A DNA stretch of 64,000 bases from Schizochytrium sp. TIO01 (GCA_004764695.1 SMSO01000036.1:496001-560000); one strand, 5' to 3'; positions 9,249 through 21,102 are shown, counted from the stretch's first letter. The notes: generated by a model not told the origin, from the sequence alone. Numbers and translations: made by a program.

Positions 9249-11360
9249 ATGGGTAACTCCTCTTCATCGTCCTCGGCGTCTGCCTCTCGTCGAGCAAAAA
9301 AACAACAACAGCAGCAAGAACAACAGAGAATAACCAAAGATTACTCTGCAGAAGGAAAGAAAGCATTTTTGGAATCAACTGCAGGTACTCCAGATGACCT
9401 TGTCGCAGGTATTGCAAATCTTTCGGTGAGTGAGAAGTCGGCTGCACCTTCTCGTGGACCAGCTACTGCAGCTGCCGTAGCTGCTTCTGCATCAAAGAAA
9501 TCGGCATACCAAGTCACGGTCAAAGCGCCTGTGCGTAAAGCTGGCCAACGCCAAGAACGCCTCATGTCAGAGGGCCTCGAAAATCAAACCGCAGTGCAAG
9601 CAACTCGCCCTGGTGATCGTCCTGCATACCCAAGCAAGAAGTGGAGCCCTGAGGAAGATGAGCTCCTTCGTAATGCTGTTGAAGAGTACAGCGGAAAGAA
9701 CTGGAAGGCCATCGCGGAACGTGTACCTAACAAAACACACCTTCAGTGCCTTCAGCGTTGGAAAAAGGTTTTACAGCCCGGTCTTATCAAGGGTCATTGG
9801 ACCGAAGAGGAAGACAACATGTTGCGCAGCCTAGTTGATGAATCGGGGAATACCTCATGGGTTGCAGTGGCCAAGTACATTCCCGGTCGCACAGCCAAGC
9901 AATGCCGCGAGCGTTGGAGCTTGAACCTTGATCCCAACATCAACCGCGAACCATGGACAGCTGAAGAGGACCAACAGCTCATGAACTTGCACAATAACTT
10001 TGGCAACAAGTGGGCTGAGATCTCCGGATACATGAATGGGCGCACAGAAAATGCTGTCAAGACTAGGTACAAATCCCTGGTCCGGGCTCAACAGAAGCAA
10101 TGGACTCCTTCGGAGGATCGCGTCGTTGTTGATGCTAAGGCTACGGCAAACAACCGATGGGTCGCCATCGCCAGCCAGTTGCCTGGTCGCTCAAAGAATG
10201 CAGTCCGTCAGCGGTGGAAGTATTTGATTACGGAGTACCCCGAGCTGGAGGATATTGTAGTGAACGATCCCACCTACGCCTTGCGGCTGCCGGACTACAT
10301 GAAGAACGCATTCCACGAGTCTCATTCAATTCACAAGGAAATGCGCCCCAAGGATACGCGCCTTCAGCACAATTCCCCGGATGGCTACACTTTTGCTCAA
10401 CGTGCATTGGCAACCCATCCTCCCATCGATGAACAATCTGTCCATATGTACCAGGATCCTGCGCTTGTGCCTCCTGCTGGTCTAACAATGGAGGAGATGA
10501 TTCTGCAGCCTGGCCTTGATCACCCGGATTTTCACAACCACAGTCAACTTCCGGCTGATCCTGCTCAGATGCACCAGCAACACCCGCATCATGCTTCTAT
10601 GAACCGTGCTTCATACAGCAACATGTCTGAGCACACGGACCTAGGCACACCGCCGCCTTACTCTGGTCACTCAAATGATCACACCAGCGACTCGTCCTAC
10701 TACAGCTCCTCTAACGCTGATTCAAATACCGAGTGGCACTCTGCAACCGGAACTCCCTCTACATACAGTACCGACGGCGAAGCTAGCCACCAACTTGATG
10801 GATCGTATGGTTACGAGGCCTCCCCTGAGCACCGCCCGATCAAATCCGAACCTATTTCTCAGTACTACATCTCTGAGGAAGCAACATCCATGGCGACCAA
10901 CACTACAACCTCAATGGCGTCTCATCAGGCTGTCAAATACGAGCCTTTCCAGACCACTGGCCGCCCATTACCAACTGACAATCTTTTCATCGATGACTTT
11001 GGCGCTGACCTCTTGCACTCGGACCCTGCCTTTGATGCACACGCCAAGCACATCCACGATAACATCAGTAGCCACAATTCTCAGGGCCCGACTATTCAGC
11101 AACATAACTACCCAAATCACGTGTATGCTCATGTCCCTGGTATGGAGTCTGTCCAGTATAGCCACTCTTTGCACAACATGGCAGAACCTTCTTCTTATCC
11201 ACAACGTGTCAATGAGACAACACATCTTCGCGGAGCCGATGGCTATTTGGCTCAACACCCATCACATTCGGCAAGCTCGATGACTTCCGATGATCAGTTT
11301 ATGCTTATGGATGCTTTGCAGGACACCCCTGCGGAGTACGCCTTGACATCGAGGTCATGA
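9249..11360 (+). CDS. MYB transcription factor with four Myb repeats (R1R2R3 plus an extra R3-like repeat), 703 aa
   Basis: Four Trp-spaced Myb repeats: KWSPEEDELL...QCLQRW, HWTEEED...GRTAKQCRERW, PWTAEED...GNKWAEI...GRTENAVKTRY and QWTPSED...NRWVAIA...PGRSKNAVRQRW. Long His/Ser/Pro-rich C-terminal region. Confidence 0.95.
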   Translation: MGNSSSSSSASASRRAKKQQQQQEQQRITKDYSAEGKKAFLESTAGTPDDLVAGIANLSVSEKSAAPSRGPATAAAVAASASKKSAYQVTVKAPVRKAGQRQERLMSEGLENQTAVQATRPGDRPAYPSKKWSPEEDELLRNAVEEYSGKNWKAIAERVPNKTHLQCLQRWKKVLQPGLIKGHWTEEEDNMLRSLVDESGNTSWVAVAKYIPGRTAKQCRERWSLNLDPNINREPWTAEEDQQLMNLHNNFGNKWAEISGYMNGRTENAVKTRYKSLVRAQQKQWTPSEDRVVVDAKATANNRWVAIASQLPGRSKNAVRQRWKYLITEYPELEDIVVNDPTYALRLPDYMKNAFHESHSIHKEMRPKDTRLQHNSPDGYTFAQRALATHPPIDEQSVHMYQDPALVPPAGLTMEEMILQPGLDHPDFHNHSQLPADPAQMHQQHPHHASMNRASYSNMSEHTDLGTPPPYSGHSNDHTSDSSYYSSSNADSNTEWHSATGTPSTYSTDGEASHQLDGSYGYEASPEHRPIKSEPISQYYISEEATSMATNTTTSMASHQAVKYEPFQTTGRPLPTDNLFIDDFGADLLHSDPAFDAHAKHIHDNISSHNSQGPTIQQHNYPNHVYAHVPGMESVQYSHSLHNMAEPSSYPQRVNETTHLRGADGYLAQHPSHSASSMTSDDQFMLMDALQDTPAEYALTSRS

Positions 11361-12042
11361 TTTGTACCTCTGTGAACACAACATCTTCAGGGATGATCAC
11401 TGAGTATCGACGCTCCATTCTTCGGGATTTCTTTCTCCACATGTTTCCAATATTTCATCACTCGCTTGATAATCAGCGTGTTCTACAGCGCCTGACCATA
11501 TTCAGATTTCAACATCTATGAATCTGATTGTGGATCCCTTTGTTTGACTCTGGCAATTTCTTCTTTTTTTTTTTCTTTTACTGCTCTGGTAGCGGGTACC
11601 TACTTTCGTGAGCAAAGGCGCCCAGCCCCCTTTTCCAATTCTTTCATATATTCTATAAACTAATTCTGGGAGAACCGTGAGAGCTTTCTCTCGTGTCCCA
11701 TCAACAGGTTGAGACGCGGATCGAGCTCTCATTCTGAAATACATCGTATTTTCATTGTTTTTTCATCCGAATCCTTCCCTTCTCTTCCTTGGCACTCATA
11801 ACCTCAAACGAGCTTGAATTGCACACTTTTGACAGCGCTTGGTCTTTGTTGCGCTCTGTTCTAGATCTCCGGAAGAACTATTTGCAAATTGGGTTTTCAA
11901 AGAAGTAATTTTTTAGTCTTAATTTTTTAATTTTTAATTTTTTTAAACTTTGAAATTGAATACCCCTTTTTTGTTTTTTTTTTGCGCGTTGAGGAAATTG
12001 CAAATGGCATTACATCAAGTTCGGAAACCTGGGTAATGAACC

Positions 12043-13221
12043 ATGGCCTCAGGGACGCACCAGCACGAACAGGACGGGGAGCAGGATACAGAGCTCTTGT
12101 CGACGCTGGTGGACAAGCTAGTAGTTAAAATTGAGTGGTGTCAGCGTTGCGAGACGCACCAGCATTGGACTAAACATAAGGTCCGTTTTGAGTGCCAGTT
12201 CCCTAGGTGCGGCGCGATATGCGATGGAGAAAATGCGTGGACACTACATAATCGTAGGCATGGAAACCGCGCTGAGCACGTGGTGCGTTCAAAGTATGAA
12301 GACTACTATAATGCGTTTCGTCATGCACTTGACCGTCATATTCCAGGAGTACGCATAAAAAATGTCGGCCACCCACGATTAGGAGCCTTTGAAATTTCTG
12401 CAGAGCTTGTGGACGGCGCTTCAGTAAAATACTCCTTTTCTAAAATTGCAACAAAGCAATGGCCTAATGTTGAAAATCAAGTGCAGAAACTTATCTCTTG
12501 CGCACAAAACTCAATACGAATAGAGAAAACTGGGACACATCCCATACCAGCAGCTTCTAACTTCACATCAAAATGGACAAATCACGCAGGTGCTAAAAGC
12601 ATTAGTTGGTATAAACCGAAAATGTCAACCGCTGACTCAAATTTAATAATAAAGAACTCAAATCATGAAGAGAAAGTACTGGACGAGTCAAATCAGGCAT
12701 CCTCTAATCATTCTCTTTTCGACAGGACTGTGTCAGAAAATAAGAGTAATGCTTTAGAGTCAGATGATACTGTTACCGGGACGAATGCTATAGAAGAGAA
12801 ACACAAAGATGATCAAGATAACATCCACATTGAAGCATCGAAAGAAGTTGACAGCATAGACAAAAAATCTCAAGAACATTCGGAATCATCGAAAGGGAAT
12901 GAGAAACCAGATAACAGTGATGAGACCCAGCAGGCTTCGCAAACAGAAGTCTTCACACTTTTCCGAAACGTCTCTGCTTTGCTTGACGATGAACCGTCTG
13001 ACGTCGACGACTATGACGACGAAGAGGACAATTTTGTAGTGAGTAGCGACGATGGAACATACGGGGAAGAAGAGTTTGCTGAGGAAGTAGATGATGAAGA
13101 CGAGATGTTTAATCTCTACAAAGGAGTCGAAACATTGAATAGGTCCAGTCAATTTGAAGAAAATGAACCTGAAGAGCTTGTCTCGTATGCATCAAGTATA
13201 AGCAGTTACGATAATTCATAA
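12043..13221 (+). CDS. Rdx (SelW/SelT/SelH-like) thioredoxin-fold CxxC protein with inserted C2H2 zinc finger and acidic tail, 392 aa
   Basis: VKIEWCQRC, HPRLGAFEI and FSKIATKQWP match the Rdx pattern (IxYCxxC/U...GxFEV...SK...FP). C-x4-C-x12-H-x3-H at aa 51-73. Good start context AACCATGG. Confidence 0.8.
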   Translation: MASGTHQHEQDGEQDTELLSTLVDKLVVKIEWCQRCETHQHWTKHKVRFECQFPRCGAICDGENAWTLHNRRHGNRAEHVVRSKYEDYYNAFRHALDRHIPGVRIKNVGHPRLGAFEISAELVDGASVKYSFSKIATKQWPNVENQVQKLISCAQNSIRIEKTGTHPIPAASNFTSKWTNHAGAKSISWYKPKMSTADSNLIIKNSNHEEKVLDESNQASSNHSLFDRTVSENKSNALESDDTVTGTNAIEEKHKDDQDNIHIEASKEVDSIDKKSQEHSESSKGNEKPDNSDETQQASQTEVFTLFRNVSALLDDEPSDVDDYDDEEDNFVVSSDDGTYGEEEFAEEVDDEDEMFNLYKGVETLNRSSQFEENEPEELVSYASSISSYDNS

Positions 13222-13403
13222 AAATAGGATTTCCTATCTTTAATTTAAGTCCAGATTTAAAAAAATAAAAATCTATAACATTCAAGTATCGTAAAACCAA
13301 ACTTGGTAGATATTCATGCACTTCTCAGAGAAAGAAATACATTACATGCATGAAAATGCATGCTCGAAGTTTCTGTCATAGTATTAATTGTTGTTTGCTT
13401 ATT

Positions 13404-14630
13404 TTAAAAGACAGTGATTAGGGCAAAGCATGCATACAAGAGGAATACGGGGTAGGCGATGAGGTAACGCTGTTCAAGCATCTGCGTAGCCGCCTCAAAG
13501 AAACGAGTTGCGGTTTGTGTGCACCAAAGAATAGCAATGAGCGTTAACGGAGTGCCAATGATGGATGCCTGGCTAAGGTCAAAGATGATTGTGACAGCCG
13601 AAAGGAGGACTATGGGAAGTAAACAATAGCCCAAAACAGAGCATACGCGGTAAATATCAATGGCAGTTGTACCAGCATGGTTCATGAGGTTGATAACGAG
13701 GTAAATGAAGAGACAGCCCATGACACCAAACCCAAAAACGTATCCAAAGAAAAGTTTGCCACTAAGCATGAGGCAGAAGCCCTGGATAAGACAGAACACG
13801 AGAGGCCCAGCCATATCAGTGTCTGCCAAGATCTCTGGTTCAATTGTCTTGGTAGGGACCAATACAGCAATTGTCTTTGTCCGAATATGGTCAAAGTTAA
13901 TACCAAGTTCCTCTAGAAGGGGCGGTTCGTCATCGTAGTTCACAGGGCCACTCGAGTCCATCCTGCTGCCCATGCTTGTTTCTGGCGGAGGTGGCGCACC
14001 AAACCCAACAGAAGTATATTTGGGCACTGAGCCCTGAGTTCCAGACCCAGAATTGCCTTGACTCTGTTGTTGTGACGGATGTGAGGGCGCTCCAAAACCC
14101 TTGGAGGTGTGACCTGAAGAGGTTGTCGAAGGTGCATTAAACCCAGTCGATGTGAAGCCACCATAACCACTTCCTTGGCCCATATTTACAGCATTATTCT
14201 GGTCAGATCCTCCCATGGCTCCCGAAGATGCTGCAGTAGAAAACCATTCCTCATCATTCTGACTTGCTCCTGCAGGCACCTGCACATGCGAGTAAGACTG
14301 GCCCTGCTGCTGCTGCTGCTGCTGCTGCCATGAATTCTGGACATTGCCACTGCTTTGGTTCGAGCTATCGTAGGTGCTTCCATCGTAGTTTCCATCGTCG
14401 TAATTGCTGTTTTGCTGAGACGAATCGTAATAGCCATATTGCTGTTGAGAAGATCCTTGATCATAACCGTATTGTTGCGGCTGCTGTTGCTGCTGCTGTG
14501 AGTAGTCGTATGAGGAAGATGAAGACGCCTGTTGCTGCTGATCATACCCACTGTACGGCGACGCCTGGGTGTAGTTGCCATAGCTACCAAAGCTCTGTTG
14601 GTTATTGTTGTTGTTGTTGTTACCGTACAT
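13404..14630 (-). CDS. YIP1: Yip1-domain ER/Golgi membrane protein (YIPF5/YIPF7-like), ~408 aa
   Basis: EPPLLEELGINFDHIRTKT, DMAGPL, FGYVFG, SVLGYCLLP, QRYLIAYP and YACFAL are Yip1 family motifs. Start set at ATG 14630 (GCACCATG) rather than the non-ATG ORF start at 14744. Confidence 0.93.
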   Translation of the reverse strand: MYGNNNNNNNQQSFGSYGNYTQASPYSGYDQQQQASSSSSYDYSQQQQQQPQQYGYDQGSSQQQYGYYDSSQQNSNYDDGNYDGSTYDSSNQSSGNVQNSWQQQQQQQQGQSYSHVQVPAGASQNDEEWFSTAASSGAMGGSDQNNAVNMGQGSGYGGFTSTGFNAPSTTSSGHTSKGFGAPSHPSQQQSQGNSGSGTQGSVPKYTSVGFGAPPPPETSMGSRMDSSGPVNYDDEPPLLEELGINFDHIRTKTIAVLVPTKTIEPEILADTDMAGPLVFCLIQGFCLMLSGKLFFGYVFGFGVMGCLFIYLVINLMNHAGTTAIDIYRVCSVLGYCLLPIVLLSAVTIIFDLSQASIIGTPLTLIAILWCTQTATRFFEAATQMLEQRYLIAYPVFLLYACFALITVF

Positions 14631-16526
14631 GGTGCTGATCAAGCGGTTTCTCAGTTGATCTTGATCCTTCTGGTGCAGGAAGAAGCAAGACTGAGACGCC
14701 AATCGAAAGAGGGCACCTTGAACTGTCGGCTGGGCTGCAGACAAGTCTCTTGAAAGATGAGGTGCTGCACGGGCGGCGCTTTAGAGCTGCGAGATACGGC
14801 GTTGAATTGCGAAGGCGAGCTTGGCCTTGATCATTTTCGCCTTGATAAACTATGTATATTATTACACAGAATTGTATAGAACACGTGGCGCTATGTGTTT
14901 GCTTAGTTCTATCCACTAGTAATACTTGCAATGCTATATTACTCGTAGAGAGCATTTTATGCAAGAATACGGAAGAAAACAGGTGAATTGCTCTCTTGTC
15001 TGGAGGAGCATACTTTGAGAGTATAATCAAAGCAACGAAAAGAACTCTATCTTCTATTAGAAATCTAAATTTTGCCTTAGCATGCAGGATGATCCACGTT
15101 TTGTATGAAGAGAATAGCACTGGTATTGTGTACGTAAGAATGCAAAATCTAAAAGGAAGCCTTGCGTTGCATATGTGTAACTAATGTCACCAGTGGGTTC
15201 ACCACGGCTGGAACCATGTTTCTATTGGTCACTTGAATCTTTAGCAAAATATTTGCATCGAATAGTTGAGCTTACGACGGTTTGTTATATGAGTGACCAA
15301 GTGTCGTGGGTACTCTTAGGTAGGTATAGTATGAGAGTTACGCTCTGCCTTGGCTGAAGGTATGAATGCAGAGTTATAAACAAATTACCATTACCTCATC
15401 AGGACATGCATTCTCAGCCCAAAGCTAGCATTCATTTTTTTAAAAACAGGTACGCTAGTTGGCAAAAGCATAAATATAGGTGGGTAAGACACTTCTCCAG
15501 AAGAGTACTACTTTGGTTGTTCTAAACAGATGCAAAAGCTGAGATAGGGAAGGCTCTAGGAAATTAAATTAGCACACATGTAAGTCAAGATACCATGCCA
15601 AGGTGGGTTAGGATTGCTTGTTGTCAATGACAAACCCAAAAGAGAAACCCGCAGTTTCCAAATGAGAAAACAGAAATTAAACAAGTTGCCTATGTCTTTT
15701 AATGACCACGTTGTATTACAGACAGCTGTGCAGGAACTTGTAGTAATTTCACGAATGAAGCGTGCAAAGGATTTCTCAAACTACTACTAGTCTTTTTCTA
15801 CCATGACGAACACCTTAAGTTCAACCTGCGATGTGAATGCCCGACTACTCCCCTACCAATGAACAGCAGGGATGCCAAACGTAAACTTTTTTTTTTCTTT
15901 TTTTTGATGTTCGTCATGATAACGAGTTCACAATGATGGAAGGTGAGCATTATTAATGACATACGTCACAGACAACAATTACGTATTCTAGATAAACGAT
16001 GAAAGACATGTTATCTGGATTTATAGCCTATAGCTACTTTGACAAAACTATGGCAATATGTATTATGGAAGTATTTGCAGATTTTCTTTATTTGAGTAAA
16101 TATCCATCTTCTTTAAAACCCGTCTTATCCATCAGCTTGCTTATATATATACTTGAAGAATACACTTAGCAATATATGCGATGGTTTAAAGACGAGTTTG
16201 GTATTTTTTTTTTAATTTTTTGCTTTTTTGTATTTCAAAGGCAACTAGCTCCTTTGTATTTCCTAACTCGCATTACTATCTACAGTTTAGTAGGACCGTT
16301 TCTTCTCAGTTCTGACACGAAAATCACTCACCACGTTTAGTTCTCTCTTTGTAAGAACTAAGCAAAAGAAAACTTGAAAATATTCCAAAACAATCAAGTT
16401 ACGGATTCCAAACCTGATTCCGCCTTTGTGATTCACTGCCATACCATTCCAGCTTTACCCAATACATGTTGCTTTGAGCTTACCTTTATCTCCTTAGCTC
16501 AAGAATCAACTAGCTCGTGCCATGAA

Positions 16527-16826
16527 ATGCCATGAAATCAACCTTCACGAGAGAAGAAGTGAAACATTCTCATCACAAGTTTACAAGGAAGTGATCCGAG
16601 TCATACCTCCACTACTTACTATCTTCGCTGCTTCGAAAGTGCTGACGTCACCAGAGACCATTCAGAGGGAGTGCTAGTACCTGAAACGGGCCCTCGGGAA
16701 CGTGCTTCTTCCCGCGAATCGCGGCGCCTTAAGCTCGACTTCCGCAGCGTAAACTCCGTCTCAAGTCCGCCACTACTTACCCATATCGGTGCCAAGGTAT
16801 TTCGATTTCACCCAAGGAAGGTGTAA
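16527..16826 (+). mobile_element. Decayed Ty3/Gypsy pol (reverse transcriptase N-terminal) fragment
   Basis: Reads HEINL..., FESADVTRDHSEGVLVPE...RRLKLDFRSVNSVSSPPLLTHIGAKVF and then DFTQG in a shifted frame. This follows the Gypsy RT order H.I.L / VLVPK / RL..DFR..N / PLP / GAKVF..D...G. Confidence 0.55.
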
Positions 16827-18278
16827 TCTTACGCAGTCACTGTGTTGGATCGATCCGTCAATCAGTGAAGGATGATAGATAGCTTTGCAATCAGTCAGCA
16901 GTTTTTGCCAACTAGGCTATAAGGCAGAAGGTACAAATAGATATGAACACCCAAAAAATGAAACAACTTTACCATAAGCATGAAACCATTCAATTAAAAA
17001 AAAAAACTTGAAAAAAAAAAAAAAAAAAAAGCAGCATCACCACCTGAGTGCATTCATTCCTCTATTTCCATTCTTTCTGGTGACGTCAGCGCGTTCAAAA
17101 AGACGAGGCAAGAAAAGAAAAGCGACGAGAAGACTTTTGTCTCAAGGTTGTAGGTACCTGCATGCCTACCTTCCTATCTACCAACCTACATCCTTACCTG
17201 TGTGCTGCTGCTTTCTTGAAAGTAATTTTACTCCTTTTTCTAATTTGATATTAACATCAACAACAACAACAACAACAACAACATCATCAACAACAAAATG
17301 GAGAGAAAAAAGAAAAGCTCAAAAGTAGATTATCTGTACAAAAAAAAAGAAAAGCTTTCAAGGGAAAAAACGAAAAAAAAGAAAAAGAAAAAAAAAAACT
17401 TCATTTGAGAAAACATCCTTGTACTTGTATGCATTACAGCCCTTTTTGAAACACAAGTTGTGCTTTCGTTGCAAGCGCGCGATGCGTCAATTGCAGACCT
17501 GTGTAATCACTGCTATTTCTCGCCGCAGAGTGCTAATTAGGCCACTTACCTCAGCTGCAGGCCTTCTCGAAGCTTCTCGCGTCTCCACGCGACGCCCTTC
17601 AGCCTTAAAGTCCCTCTTTGCTCCGCAAACTAGCTTGGGACTGTGAAATCGCCATCTGTATTACAAAGCATGAAGCAGCTCATGACTTGTATCAAACCGT
17701 CTTCCACAAAATATTACATTGTGCCGTGGCAAAAAGAAAACTAAAAAGGCCGCCCCGGACCCTATTATGCACAGGTATTCCCGTGTTCCCCAAATTCCCA
17801 GGCGCTTGCCAGCTTGTACTTGTATTCGCAGCATAAAACCAATTCTTATGCTGCGGATCGACGCGTCCCTCGTTAAAAGCAGCGGGAATTCTGCGTTTGC
17901 GACGCCAAATTGTTGATACAAGGTTTGACGTCGCGAGTGCCTCCTTGCGCAAAGCGGGCAACGAAAGAAGAGTCAAAGAGTCACGATTAAAAAGCAAAGC
18001 AAAGCAAAGCAAAGCACAGCAAAGCAAAGCACTTCAAGATCCACCGTCGCTTTTGTTGAAGGTAGCATGCATGCGTGCAGCTTTCGCCGAGTTCGACCGT
18101 CGAGGCCATCGACCTCTGAACGATCGAGTCGAGGAAGGAACACGCACAATCCAACACTCAACGATACAAACCAAAACAAAGCAAAACAAAACAAAGCACA
18201 GTTGAACGAACTTCTGCATCCATTTTTCTTCTCACCGTGACGAGCTCCAAAAATAAGCAGAGATCGTTCATTCACCCA

Positions 18279-18370
18279 TTCATTCATTCATTCATTCATT
18301 CATTCATTCATTCATTCATTCATTCATTCATTCATTCATTCATTCATTCATTCATTCATTCATTCATTCA
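18279..18370. repeat. (TTCA)n microsatellite
   Basis: Direct reading. Confidence 0.95.
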
Positions 18371-20830
18371 CTCACTCACTCATCTCATCTCATCCATGTA
18401 CTGCTTAGGAAAGGCGATTTCAATGCATTCATTCATCTATGAGGGAAACATGAATGAAAGGAAGAAAGAAACTAAGAAAGAAAGAAAGAAACTAAGAAGT
18501 CACTGAGAATCAATCCCATTGTGCTTAACATTAGCAGCATGCATGAAAGAAATCGAGAATGAAGTCGCTCAATTCCGGTGGCGCCCGAGGCCCCGAAGCT
18601 CGTAGCACCGAGGCAGGCTTCAGCAGCCGGGGCTAAGACACGCCACGCCGCCCCTGCACTCAGTTTCCATGCCTCAGCGAGCGTATTAGCGCTCTTTCTG
18701 TGGCCTCTTTCGCGACCTTCCACGCCGTCCGGAAACTCGTGCTCTTACTCCGTCTTTGGTTGCCCTACTTGTGTATTTTGTATATATGATAATATTATAT
18801 TATCATGATCAAGATTAGGTATTTAATAAGTGCATGAATGAATGAATGAATGAATAAATGAATGAATGAATGAGCTTTTCGTTGATATTGATTTCTCGTT
18901 TCTGCGACTGTCTTTGGGTTTTCTTATTTCTGTTTTCGGTTTTGATTGTATTTTTGCTTTTTGCTTTTACTTTTTGCCTTTTCTTTCTGTTGTTGGTAAT
19001 AGGTTACTTAAGATTCAGTTTTTTTTTTATAAAGTTTTTTTTTTAAGAGAAAGGCAATTTATCTTTATAGCCTTATTTTGCTTCAATGTTCTCTCCGTTC
19101 TTCGCAACTTGCGATACCATCTGCTCTCTAGTGGAGTACTTACGATAAACTATAGCCTATATACAGTTCCCAAGGGGTTCCTCACGAGTTATGTGGTAAA
19201 TGTCCGTTAAGGAGCAGTAGGAACCGTTCATTTGCGAAGGACGAAGAGAGCATCGTAAAGGCCTCTGAGAGCGAGGAAGATTTTGGTTTCATCGAAATTT
19301 ATAAATGCAAAATCATTCGTCTTCGAGCCAAGACAGGTAGTAGCAATCAATCCCTTGCGCCGTTTCTAGCGAGACCGTGCTTATATTCGAGTTTGCAGTG
19401 AATGAATGCACAATCAGACAGTGAGAGATAAGAAAGATATCAACACGTAATACAAGCGTTCCCGCCCTCCTTTGTACAATAGCAATAGATCTGGTCAATA
19501 TATCAACATATCAATATATCAATGAGTTATTATATCAATCTCGTCGCTGTCTTCTCGAGACGAATCTGAGGGAAATCCGCGTTTTCCCGTTCATCCACAG
19601 ACAGAAAAGACCTGTTTAGAATCCCGCTTCTTCGTGAGAATCGACGAAAGGAAGCAGACCGTGGTGGTCGTAACTACTCAGATCTGCTCCAACGTCGCGC
19701 GATCTCTGTTCGTCCCAAGCTCATGGATCTCTCTTTGGCCACATGAAGGTTTCACATTGTCTTTGCTGCAGACCATCAAACAGAACAGAAAGAATGCTTC
19801 GTCGTCAACGATGTCACTCTAAGCTTTCTCTTTTGTCTATGTTCATATACAAACAAAAGGAAAGAGAGAAACAGTATGCCAAAAAACAGGAACGTGAGGG
19901 ATCAATCTTTTGTTCTCATGTCTTCCTTCCTCATGATATGACATAGATATTCATTCATTTATTCATGCATTGTGATCAAGAATGGAATGTGGCTAAGTAA
20001 GAACCTGTGCTACTTTCAAGGCAGCTCGAACCAGCGAGGCGTGGCTACATCATGTGCCTGGCGTCCTCGTCAAAGCCCGTTAAGGAGGGCGTCAAGACTC
20101 GGGATTGCGGTGATGATTCATTGATCTCGAGCTGCGAAACAAAACGACCTGAAATGGACGAAACCAAAGAAAGGGTTTTTGTTTGTTTACTTATGCCTAT
20201 TTCTTCCATTCTTTCTCCAAAGTGATTGATTTACTTTAAAAGTTAGTGATTTATAAACCAAACTTATTGGGAAAAGAAGAAGAACACCAAGTTTATCGAC
20301 GATGGATTGATCGATGGGTTGGCTCTCCATAGCACTGAGTTCATAGACGGCGAATTGATTGCATTCCCCCTGGACTAGCTAGCCATCGATTATCTATCTG
20401 CATACCTTGCTTGTAAAATGAAAACAGGCAGGGAGGTACCCAGTGACTGGTAACAAGCAAATGCCTTCTTTCTAATATCTTTCTCCGTTTCGTTGTTTTT
20501 TTGTTTTTTTCTTCGCCTCGACTAAGAACTTCCAGTGAATAAATGAATGAACGAATGAATGAATATTAAGATGGATTAAGCCGCAAAGAATAGAGCGCTG
20601 GGCAGCCTCCGCTACGATCGCTGTCTGTCGCTGCAAGCCAGCTAGCCCTCATCTCTGGTGAGGCGGACCTACCCCTCCTGCTCTACGGACGTGAGAGAAG
20701 ACGCATTTCAACAATGCTGACATCTAAACCTGTCTTTATTGTTGAGAATACTTCGCATCGCATTACGTTGTAATGATTGATCGATCAATCACTCTCACTT
20801 CTCTCTTGAAAAGATAGAAAGAAAGAGAGG

Positions 20831-20836
<6 letters not shown>

Positions 20837-20885
<49 letters not shown>
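20837..20885. repeat. (GA)n microsatellite just upstream of the RibB gene
   Basis: Direct reading. Confidence 0.9.
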
Positions 20886-20888
<3 letters not shown>

Positions 20889-21102
20889 AGGAAAGAAAAA
20901 TGTAAATAAAAGGAAAATGAAAATAAATAGAAAATGATCGAATGGCATTACAAAATTGTTGATTTGTTGGCAGCAAACCTTTAAGCCACGCGACTCTGTG
21001 CAGGACAGCTTACGCTTCCTTCGCAAGCTCCCCCCACCCCACTCTTCAACAGCACCAGCAAAAGTACTTCTCGACGCTACCTACGTCCCGATAACCTTCA
21101 AG

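Noticed and set aside
12043-13400. Selenoprotein/SECIS
   Set aside because: The redox motif is CxxC with no in-frame TGA.
20956-21102. N-terminal extension (targeting peptide) on RibB
   Set aside because: Begins at TTG rather than ATG and lacks the codon bias seen from 21103; treated as 5' UTR.
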